A stretch of DNA of 64,000 bases from a virus (taxonomy: Duplodnaviria > Caudoviricetes), in the IMG/VR virus record IMGVR_UViG_3300031992_000089, positions 1,911 to 65,910 of that record, one strand, 5' to 3'. How positions within the stretch are numbered: the stretch's first letter is position 1; each line of letters begins with the position of its first letter. Of this stretch, positions 28,626 to 37,678 are shown in pieces. Both the position numbers and the translations under genes were made by a program. The notes under the pieces are model-generated. The model worked only from the letters and a program-made list of their open reading frames with translations. It had not been told where the DNA came from and did no database searches.

Positions 28626-29920
28626 TACAATTACAGATTATTTCTAAAATGCTGAATGATGGTGAGACATCTATTGTAGATGACTTTATGCTTACCAGAG
28701 AATACTTTATTGGTTATGAAACAGAGTATGACTTTATTATGGACCATAAACAGCAATACGGAGTAGTGCCAGATAAAGCAACTTTCCTTGCCCAGTTCCC
28801 TACGTTTGAAATTGTAAACGTGCAAGAGCCTAATGATTATCTTGTGGATAAGATACGAGAAGAATACACTTACTATCGAACTGTACCTATTCTCAAACAA
28901 GCCGCAAAGTTACTCGGAAAGGACAGTAATGCTGCCGCAGAGTATTTGACTAATGCATTGAAAGATATTCAGCCTTCATACAGACTGGGTGGTGTGGATA
29001 TTGTAGCCGATGCAGACTTACGATACGAACAGTTTGTAGAAAGAAAAGCGCATCCTGAAAAATACTTCTTCACTACCGGCTTTCCCGAACTAGATGATAT
29101 GATTCATGGCATAAATCGTTTGGGTGAATTGCTCGTTATTATCGCAAGAATCAACCAAGGCAAGTCATGGATTCTAGAGAAGATATGCACACACATTTGG
29201 CAAATCGGATATAACGTAGGTTATATATCTCCCGAAATGGTCGTTCAGAGTATCGGGTACAGATTTGATACTTTGTACGCCAACTATTCAAATAATGGTC
29301 TGGCGTGGGGTAAAGAAGAAATAGACCAAGACGCATATAAGCAATACATAGATGAACTGAAACAAAGGGACAATAAGTTTATTGTCGCAGAGCCAAAAGA
29401 CTTCAACCGTTCCATTACAGTGACTAAATTAAGAAACTGGATAAAGCAAAACAAACTTGACTTTGTAGCCATCGATGGCATTAAATACCTCGCAGATGAG
29501 CGTGGTAAAAAGACAGATAAAGTTACTGACAATAGGGCACATATCAGTGAGGACTTGTTAGCATTGTCTAACGAATTGCAAGTGCCTATTTGTGTTGTGT
29601 CCCAGGTAAATAGAAGTGGCGTAGTAGAGAAAGGCTCTGACGATACACCTAAACTTGAAAACATCAGTGAAAGTGACAGCATAGGTCAAGTAGCAACTAA
29701 AGTTCTCGCCATTCATCAGAAAGAATATGGAGTATTGGTCATCAGTTCTGAAAAGGACAGAGACGGCGTAGTAGGCGGAAAACTTATGTATGACTGGAAT
29801 ATCAATACAGGTGAATTTACTTTTATTCCCACCTATGATGACGCACAGCCAAAGAATAAAACAGAAGAACAAATTACCAAAGTAAAGAAATCTTACAAAG
29901 ATGCCAAAGACGTATTTTGA
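28622..29920 (+). CDS. DnaB-like replicative helicase
   Basis: TTGFPELD, IARINQGKSW, ISPEM, IDGIKYL, SQVNR, ISESDSIGQ. Confidence 0.88.
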   Translation: MIQLQIISKMLNDGETSIVDDFMLTREYFIGYETEYDFIMDHKQQYGVVPDKATFLAQFPTFEIVNVQEPNDYLVDKIREEYTYYRTVPILKQAAKLLGKDSNAAAEYLTNALKDIQPSYRLGGVDIVADADLRYEQFVERKAHPEKYFFTTGFPELDDMIHGINRLGELLVIIARINQGKSWILEKICTHIWQIGYNVGYISPEMVVQSIGYRFDTLYANYSNNGLAWGKEEIDQDAYKQYIDELKQRDNKFIVAEPKDFNRSITVTKLRNWIKQNKLDFVAIDGIKYLADERGKKTDKVTDNRAHISEDLLALSNELQVPICVVSQVNRSGVVEKGSDDTPKLENISESDSIGQVATKVLAIHQKEYGVLVISSEKDRDGVVGGKLMYDWNINTGEFTFIPTYDDAQPKNKTEEQITKVKKSYKDAKDVF

Positions 29921-29928
29921 CAGACCAT

Positions 29929-29957
29929 TTGTAAATCTACTAAATATGTTGTATAAT
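29929..29957 (+). promoter_or_regulatory. sigmaA-type promoter for the accessory gene array
   Basis: TTGTAA-N17-TATAAT, nearly identical to the promoter at 24158. Confidence 0.75.
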
Positions 29958-30007
29958 GTTTAATGTAATAGAGATATTACAGACTATATACGAAAGGCGG
30001 ATATGAA

Positions 30008-33000
30008 ATGATTATTAACGGCTACGAAACTAAAACTACATTTTGGGAGGATTTCACTATTGCCGACGCATTTGGCGTGAAGGCTATCAAAGACACTTAC
30101 AAGAAAGCCTTTGATGAGTGGAAAGAGGACTATATCTATCTTACAGAACTTGTATTGGTAACAAACTGGAAGTGCTGGCAGCATTATTCAAAGGGCAATA
30201 CAAAGATTAGTGAACTTTATGGTCAGTTATTCCACCGGGCTAGAAATTATGCATTGAGCCATCTTAAAGGTGCAGAGTTTGAATACTTCTTCAACACCAC
30301 AGACTAAAGAAAGGTGAGGAAGATGATTAAAAAAGGTAAATGGCAGACGTGGATAACAAAAGGCATTGAAAGAAAGCCTATCGGTTGGAAATGTTCTGTT
30401 TGTGATAAGAGTCCTATCTTTGCCATTAAATCAGACTTCTGCCCAAATTGTGGGACACCAATGACCGAAAAAGCATTAGAAATACTTCGTAAGAGAGAGG
30501 GTGGCAATAATGGTGATAAGAGTGAACGAGCCGACTGAAAAACAAGTAAAATTTGCTAAAGAAATAGCCGACAAACTTGATTTAGAACTTCCGAAAGAGA
30601 CCACAAAACAAGCGTATTGGAAGTTTATAAATGACCATATAAGTGAATACCGAACTCACATGTTATGCGTAGGATGCATGTGTGAAACCGAAGAGTTGGA
30701 TGAAATTTTTGGCACTATGTGTTGGGACACGGATGATTTATGGTGAAAGAGAGGTAAAGCGGAATGACTAGAGAAGAAGCAATTCGCGATATTGAAGAGT
30801 GTGTCATCCCATATGTAGGCGGTATATCTTTACGCATGGCTGTTGAAGCCTTGAAAGAGCAACGACCACACGGAGAGTGGAAGAAAGTTGGCTCATCTGT
30901 TATGTGTTCTATTTGCGAACATGGTTGGAGAAACGGTCATGCACCAAAAGATTTGAAGGATTACAACTTTTGCCCGAACTGTGGTGCTAATATGAGACCG
31001 AAAGAGAGAGAAGAAAATGATTAAAGAAGTAATCAAAAACTGGCCTGGAAAAGTAGTCATTGATGACGAAGAAATGTCGGCAGAAGAGGCATCGTCTAGA
31101 ATCGATTTTAAGACGCTTCAAACGATTAAAAGTATCTCATTACTTACTAGCAATTCTAAAGCGATTAAAAGCAATTCTGACGCTATTCAGACACGTTCTG
31201 ACAATGAAGTGACTATAACAGTAAAAGCATACATGACAAAATGTGCTACACCAGAGTTTGATTTCATGGCAAAATGGAATAATAACATTCCTATGCCTCT
31301 TTGTACGATGACAGGTTATGCTGAAAAAGAAACACCTGGTATGGTCTATATGAAACTTCATGGATTGGCAAAAAGAACTATTACTTGCATGTGTTGTGGT
31401 AGAGAACTTACTAATCCTATCTCCCGGCAGTATGGAATAGGACCTATCTGTTTAGAGAAAGTAGGTATTGCTAGAGACATAGAAGATGTTGACGGCATCA
31501 TAAATGATTTAGTCAATACAACTTGGGAAGGATGGATAATAAAATCGGCAATTATAAGTAAAGAAGGTGATAAGAAATGAAGTATATAATTGATACAGAC
31601 AAACTCCCTTGCAATAATGGGAAGAACTGTACAACCTGTCCCTTTTGGTCAGTTGATGATACTTGCGAAATTACAGAGCAAGTGAAGAAGTTGCCTAAAT
31701 ACGAAGAACAACCACACGGAGAGTGTAACCAATGCCGATATTATGATGGTGTTCAAGGTGTTCAAGGTCATGCTCCATGTTGGCATTGGAATATAGGTGG
31801 TGTCATGTGGAATGACTATTGCTCTAGGTTTGAGAAAGAAGGTGAGAAAGAATGAGGTTGATTGATGCTGATGCCTTTAAGCAAATTTTATCAGAACATG
31901 AAATGAAACATGACAAAAGAAGAAGTTTCAATGATTATGATTGTGGTTCTGCAAACGCCTATGAATATGCAGGTGACTTGCTCGATGAAATGCCAACAAT
32001 TACTATCCCTGTTGCCGAACTTGATAATACGGAAGATTTTGCAGAATGGATAGACCGAAGTGATGGTGGACGAATTAGATATCCGTTTTGGAAACGCTAC
32101 GAATGTTCTAAATGTGGGGCGAAATCTGAAAATACGAATTTCTGCCCGAACTGCGGTGCTTCGATGAAAGAAGGTGAAAAGAATGAGTAGGTGGGTAACA
32201 TTTTATTACGATATGATTCGTGAACACGTTTGGGACTTGAAAATCCACAAGGATAGAGAAACGGCATTGAAGTATTTCAATAAGCACTGTAAGGATTATT
32301 TTGAAATAAATTCACCATTTAAGGCGGATAAGTTGCCAGCATCTTACGGTGTCATATTCAGAAAATATTACGGAGTTTCGGCTACACGATTTACGAAAGA
32401 GTTTGGTATAAGTGTAGATGAAGCGTTGGGGATAGCGGTGGGAGGTAATCAGAATGAAACATAAATTCAACTTGTGGAATGATTTGATTTATCCCATACT
32501 TGCCAAAATTGTCGGCAAGAAATATGGGTGCTGTGGAAAACTAAAAAACTGTCACAAGTGTTGTGTGAAAAATGGTTGGGAAGAGTGGTGAAGCGGAATG
32601 ACTAGAGAAAAAGCAATAGATTATCTTGAATGGGTAAGACCGAAAAAGCCATATACACTAGACAGAAAGAACGTGCAAACGGCTATTGATATGGCTATCG
32701 AAGCCTTGAAAAGACCACAATGGATTCCATTAACATATAGACCAATGGACGAGGATGAATATCGTGCATTTAATGAAGAGTATGGATATCTGCCAGTAGA
32801 GGAAAGAAAGACACTTGCTTGTCAGATGCCCGAAGATGGTCAGGAAGTTCTCATTTCGACTAAGTATGGACATATTTTTCTTGATACTTGTGTGTATGAG
32901 GATGGTATTTACGGACTTGAGGAATACGGTTGTTGGGATGACGTACTAGCATGGATGCCTATCCCCGAGCCATATAATGGAGGTAAAACAGAATGATTAT

Positions 33001-33800
33001 CCCAAAACATAAGGTATGCGATATGTGCGGTCGTGAAGTAGGAACGAATCTGCGATATTTCATTATTAAGAGCAAGGTTTATTATTATGGTTATGCGGGC
33101 GGGTGTTCGGATAATAGGAAACATCACATTTGTGAGTACTGCATGGGACACATTCGCCGTTATATCGAAAAGACAGTAGGAGAAGACTAATGGCTACGGA
33201 TAAGAAAAACAAATTAGTTACTGAATGGGTACATCGTTTAGGTTTACAGGAGTGGGATATTACAGTCATATCAGACTGCACCATGTCAGATATAAAGAAG
33301 ATATTGGGTACAGATGAAGCGGCAACAGGAGCATGTGAGTGGTGTACACTTCTAAAGACGGCCAAGGTTGCTATATTGGCAGAAGATGAATATCCGAAAA
33401 TGGATGATTCTGTTCAATGGATGGCAAAATATGATTACGAGCAAACACTTGTCCATGAATTACTTCATATTAAGTTCTCGCTTTTGCAAGACAACATCGA
33501 GGATGGATTTATTCACGATTGGTTTCATCAGCAGTGTATAGAGGATATGGCGAAGGCTTTAGTTAGTGCAAAGAGGGAGGGTGAAAAGAAGTGAGCAATA
33601 AAAGACCTATAGATAGGTCAAAGAAGTCAAATATCAAATGTGCAAATTGCCTATTCTGGGACAAGAATAAAACTTGCCACGAACGTAACCAAACACATTT
33701 GAAATATTGTTCTAACAGTTGTTGCGGTATGATTTGGACGGCGTACTGGAACAGATGTTGTCATTTTAGATGGAGAGAGGTGGAAACAAATGAAAGTTAA
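30008..33800 (+). other. Array of ~13 small accessory genes, many with Zn ribbons: 30008-30307, 30314-30538, 30501-30746, 30764-31024, 31017-31580 (DUF6011-like), 31577-31855, 31852-32190, ~32183-32464, 32598-32996 (DUF551-like), 32993-33190, 33190-33594, 33591-33800
   Basis: Coupled ORFs; repeated W.CS.C...FCPNCG motifs; CMCCGRELTNPISRQYGIGPIC. Confidence 0.75.
33190..33594 (+). CDS. Putative zincin metallopeptidase
   Basis: HExxH motif LVHELLH. Confidence 0.55.
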   Translation: MATDKKNKLVTEWVHRLGLQEWDITVISDCTMSDIKKILGTDEAATGACEWCTLLKTAKVAILAEDEYPKMDDSVQWMAKYDYEQTLVHELLHIKFSLLQDNIEDGFIHDWFHQQCIEDMAKALVSAKREGEKK

Positions 33801-33825
33801 AGAAATGTGTTAGGGTTAAAAGAAG

Positions 33826-34050
33826 GTGAGACAAATGATAAAACTTCCGATAACAGGTAAACCACTAAAGCCTTGCCCATTTTGTGGTTGTGAAAAACTA
33901 TACTTGTTTGAAGATTATGTTTTTTCTTCCGCTTATGAATATACTAATTGTATTATCGAATGTGGTAGATGCAGTGCAACTATAAAAAGACCTACGGTAA
34001 TAGGAGTAAAGAGAGCATGGAATAGACGAGAGGGTGAGAAGAATGACTGA
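33826..34050 (+). CDS. Lar-like (restriction alleviation family) Zn-ribbon protein
   Basis: LKPCPFCG...IECGRC...AWNRR. Confidence 0.7.
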   Translation: MRQMIKLPITGKPLKPCPFCGCEKLYLFEDYVFSSAYEYTNCIIECGRCSATIKRPTVIGVKRAWNRREGEKND

Positions 34051-34369
34051 CATAGCGGAACTGATTAACCGAAGACGGCATCAAATGCTGGTACATTCTT
34101 ATCTTTACTACCACCTTGATTCGCCTGTTATAGATGATATGACATGGACGAAATGGGCCATGGAGTTACAAGATTTACAAGAAAAGTACCCAGACATAGC
34201 GAAGCAGGTCAAATATGCGGACGAGTTCAAAGACTGGGATGGTAGTACAGGTGCGTTTCTTGATTATATGAAACCTAATATTATGAAAACGGCTGATAGA
34301 CTTCTTCATGGATTTGGTAAAGTAAATAAGCCTAAACCTAAAACACCTAAAGCGAAGCGATTATTTTAG
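34034..34369 (+). CDS. Stand-alone NAD-dependent ligase subdomain Ia-like protein
   Basis: HSYLYYHLDSPVIDDMTWTKWAMELQDLQEKYPD resembles the LigA N-terminus; no adenylation domain; ends KAKRLF. Confidence 0.7.
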   Translation: MRRMTDIAELINRRRHQMLVHSYLYYHLDSPVIDDMTWTKWAMELQDLQEKYPDIAKQVKYADEFKDWDGSTGAFLDYMKPNIMKTADRLLHGFGKVNKPKPKTPKAKRLF

Positions 34370-34373
34370 CCTA

Positions 34374-34402
34374 TTTACACATTTTGTCCTTGTGCTTATA
34401 AT
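34374..34402 (+). promoter_or_regulatory. sigmaA-type promoter facing a terminator
   Basis: TTTACA-N17-TATAAT. Confidence 0.65.
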
Positions 34403-34443
34403 AAAAGTGTGTTCTGATTCCTTACATGAAATACTGCTTGGGC

Positions 34444-34482
34444 GAAATAAGGTGTAGCGTCTTGCTTGCTACACCTTATTTC
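34444..34482. terminator. Probably bidirectional intrinsic terminator between convergent operons
   Basis: GAAATAAGGTGTAGC-loop-GCTACACCTTATTTC. Confidence 0.8.
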
Positions 34483-34523
34483 TTTACTCTTTGATTCTAA
34501 TTCAGACCTGGAATATAGACGCA

Positions 34524-34907
34524 TCATTTCACCTCATACTTGTTGCAGAACTTTGTCCAGTAGCAGGTCAAAGTAAGTCCTTTCACGATACCCGTACGAG
34601 AGCGGGTAGAGAATTTACTCATCCAAAACTCCCAGTCTTTATCAGATACCTTAAGCACGCCCATCACTTTGAAGCACAGAGCCAGAAACTCTCCATCGGT
34701 CAGATTCTTCTCTTTGATGTAATCACTAATTAGGACGTTCTCTACAAATGCTTCGGGGGTAATGTCGCCTGACTCAATACCTGAAATATAACTTTCTCTA
34801 TCATTAAGGAAGTTATCTGGCACCTTCTTGCCGAATACAGTCTGATATACTGCGTTTACAAAATCGGCTACTCCAAATGTATATCTAGGTTTTGCCATAG
34901 TTATCAC
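34524..34907 (-). CDS. DUF4214-like protein
   Basis: FVNAVYQTVFG...GIESGDITPE...LTDGEF...WEFW...FCNKY pattern. Confidence 0.5.
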   Translation of the reverse strand: MITMAKPRYTFGVADFVNAVYQTVFGKKVPDNFLNDRESYISGIESGDITPEAFVENVLISDYIKEKNLTDGEFLALCFKVMGVLKVSDKDWEFWMSKFSTRSRTGIVKGLTLTCYWTKFCNKYEVK

Positions 34908-35701
34908 CCCTTCAGTAATTTATCCCATGTTTTCTTTCCCACTTCACCGTCAACAGTAAGACCATTCTTACGCTGAAATTCTCTTACAACGTAGTCTGTC
35001 TTACCGCCAAACTTACTATCTACATCAAGTGGGAGACCGTCTTTATCACGGTAATTTTTACCATTGAGAATGATTTGTACGGTGCGTACACTCTCATTCT
35101 TCATAGTAGGCGTAGTTTTGTATAATACTGGAAGTTCAACCATACAAGTATCTCCTTTCGGTTCTGGTTTATGGTCTGTGACATATTCAATGTCTGGGTG
35201 CTTTAACCATTTCTCCCATGGCCTGTCAGCGAGACGGGTCTTTACTGTGCCGTACGTATGACCGCGTTCTTCAATTACCCAGCCGTTTCCAACATACACA
35301 CCTACATGACCAGACTTCCACACGATAAGACCTGGAATTTCGGGAATAGTCTTAATACTGCCTTTCTCTTTTGCTTTCGCTTCAAGCATATTGGCTGAAA
35401 TGTCATACTTTGAGTTGTACTTGCTGGCTGTAAGAGGAGACTTAACAATACCGTTCTCATCGATAGTCGGGTTCATAAGATACCCTTTGATGAGACCAAT
35501 GCAGTCATGTACTTTCATGCCGTACTGACTTTCAAAAGAATACTTCGACCATTTCTCGTATCGCTCTTTGTATTGGCGCTTTTTTTCTAGGTAAAGTGTT
35601 TCACTTGCTATATTACCAAATGTGCCGTACCAATAAGGGGAGCCATAATCGAGCATGGCTTCAGAATACTTAACGAGACCTATATTAGTAAACTTTGGCA
35701 T
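34904..35701 (-). CDS. Endolysin (CHAP/NlpC-P60-like peptidase plus peptidoglycan-binding domain)
   Basis: HDCIGLIKG, GHVGVY, VIEE; C-terminal VRTVQIILN...DGEVGKKTWDKL. Confidence 0.88.
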   Translation of the reverse strand: MPKFTNIGLVKYSEAMLDYGSPYWYGTFGNIASETLYLEKKRQYKERYEKWSKYSFESQYGMKVHDCIGLIKGYLMNPTIDENGIVKSPLTASKYNSKYDISANMLEAKAKEKGSIKTIPEIPGLIVWKSGHVGVYVGNGWVIEERGHTYGTVKTRLADRPWEKWLKHPDIEYVTDHKPEPKGDTCMVELPVLYKTTPTMKNESVRTVQIILNGKNYRDKDGLPLDVDSKFGGKTDYVVREFQRKNGLTVDGEVGKKTWDKLLKG

Positions 35702-35702
35702 A

Positions 35703-35957
35703 TTACCCCACCCTCTGTTCTAGATTTTCAATGCGTCTGTCCATGTTGTCAATGTTTGCTTCGATTGCAGGCAAACGTTCTGCAAAGTTATTGTGTCTTT
35801 TTACTTCTGCCGTCAAGTTATCCAATTTGGTGTTTGTTACAGCCTGTACGATTTCGATGTTCTTATTAGCCTTTGACAGACCAACAATGACCGTAATAAT
35901 CGTACCGATTAACGTAAACACACCTGTAATAATAGCAGTTACGACACCTTCACTCAT
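35703..35957 (-). CDS. Lysis-associated membrane protein (one TM plus coiled coil)
   Basis: N-terminal TM segment; sits between holin and endolysin. Confidence 0.65.
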   Translation of the reverse strand: MSEGVVTAIITGVFTLIGTIITVIVGLSKANKNIEIVQAVTNTKLDNLTAEVKRHNNFAERLPAIEANIDNMDRRIENLEQRVG

Positions 35958-36180
35958 CTTCTTTGGCCTCTTTTAACTTCTCATCATAACGTTTCTTTGC
36001 AATAGCAACAATTCCACCAAGACAAGTATCGGCCGCAGTCAAAATAGCCGTTACTTTATCTGCATATGGAACACCAAGTACATTTATCACAGAAGCAATA
36101 AACCCGGAAACAGGAACAAAAAATAAAGCAATAGCCTTTAATGTATCGTAAGTTTTATCTGACTTAAACATAGCCCACAC
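35950..36180 (-). CDS. Holin (Dp-1-like)
   Basis: SDKTYDTLKAIALFFVP; two TM segments and a basic tail. Confidence 0.8.
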   Translation of the reverse strand: MWAMFKSDKTYDTLKAIALFFVPVSGFIASVINVLGVPYADKVTAILTAADTCLGGIVAIAKKRYDEKLKEAKEDE

Positions 36181-36202
36181 TCCTTTCTAATTCGATTATA
36201 CA

Positions 36203-37678
36203 TCATGCCTCTGAAATTGTATATTCAATTCTCATGGCGACCGTGTTTGTTTTAACTACAGGCTCGTCTAGCACATTGATAGTGGATAAGAACATGCTAA
36301 GGATTATGCAACCCTGTCCTCTGGACTCGTAGTTGTTTTCACAAGCTGGATATCCATAAGTAGCCGCCCCACGTCGGATAAGAGCAGAGGCATCTCGTCT
36401 GCTATTACTACTGGATGCGTATATCACTGTTGTTACAGCATGAGGATAAACATTGTTTCCATTGATAATATAACTGTCTCCATAAATCATGCTATCGCCC
36501 AGTACGACTGGAGTACATAATGCTTTTCCGTTACCCGCAGTTCCATCAGATAGATACAACGTTACGGTACCTGTAATCTCTTTAATTACGCCGCTGTTTG
36601 GATTTACACCCACGAAACCATCTCCTGTTGATTTGGGCAGATACAAATATGTGCCGTCATAAGGAAATCTAGGTACAGCCTTATAAATATCAGTTAAATC
36701 AAAAGAACCAGTATAAAGAGCCTCACCATCAAGACTAGTTTTATCCATCTGTGTTACAGTGAAGTCAGTTTTACTGATACGGTCAATTTGCACATCATGC
36801 GCACCTGTAATTGCATAGTAGTAATAATAGTCATCGTCTTGGAAGATTTGACCTTTAGACTTTGACCTGACAGTGCATGTTCTACTAGATACTTCTTGGA
36901 AATCATTAGCCCCTCTCATAATTCCAAAAGAAAGCCAATCATGGCGAACAGTAATCTCTTCAAAAGTAGTGCCCTTTATGTAGATGACCTTTCCTAATTT
37001 ACCGTGCTCATCAATAGAAATTGGGTACGGTAAATAACTACTTCGATTGTTTACATAAGGACGAGTATAGTTAGAACCGCTCATAACCGTATTTGGTACT
37101 GAAATAGGTGTCCAGCAATTATAAATATTACCTGCAATCGGTTTTAATCCCATATCGCCGAGTTGTTCAGGGCAAAGACATACAGTATGAATTGTACCAT
37201 TTCCGTGACTAGAGTCCCATTCCCACACCCACTTAACAGAAGTGTCGGTTTCAACAACATCAGACAGTACAGGATTACCACGGAGTGTACTTACCGTATC
37301 ATTGGGAACCTGTCCTGCGTGGGCAATAAGGGGATTAGTAATGTCATTAGGTGGTAAGTAATTATCTGCATCTTCTGTAATCTCATTTTGAAAACAGAGT
37401 ACACCCGCATATAGATTTTTGATAGGCAGCATTTTTGAAAAATCAGCCGTTCCTCCAATATTGTTGGCAAGGATAGAAGCCGCGGCATTTGTTACAAGGT
37501 TCGTAGTATCTGCAACTACTGTCTCTTTGCCTGTAACGGTGTCTGTAAAGATAATTCTAGTGTGACCTTTTAGTGGCATCTTTTTGCCAGTAAGATAAGC
37601 GGACACCATTCTGTCCTGTAACGATATGTGACGCTTGTCTTTTAACAGTGCCTTAATTAGTTTGTCGATTAGGTTCAT
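36203..37678 (-). CDS. Distal tail/baseplate protein
   Basis: Beta-rich; position in tail module; ends VVKTNTVAMRIEYTI. Confidence 0.55.
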   Translation of the reverse strand: MNLIDKLIKALLKDKRHISLQDRMVSAYLTGKKMPLKGHTRIIFTDTVTGKETVVADTTNLVTNAAASILANNIGGTADFSKMLPIKNLYAGVLCFQNEITEDADNYLPPNDITNPLIAHAGQVPNDTVSTLRGNPVLSDVVETDTSVKWVWEWDSSHGNGTIHTVCLCPEQLGDMGLKPIAGNIYNCWTPISVPNTVMSGSNYTRPYVNNRSSYLPYPISIDEHGKLGKVIYIKGTTFEEITVRHDWLSFGIMRGANDFQEVSSRTCTVRSKSKGQIFQDDDYYYYYAITGAHDVQIDRISKTDFTVTQMDKTSLDGEALYTGSFDLTDIYKAVPRFPYDGTYLYLPKSTGDGFVGVNPNSGVIKEITGTVTLYLSDGTAGNGKALCTPVVLGDSMIYGDSYIINGNNVYPHAVTTVIYASSSNSRRDASALIRRGAATYGYPACENNYESRGQGCIILSMFLSTINVLDEPVVKTNTVAMRIEYTISEA

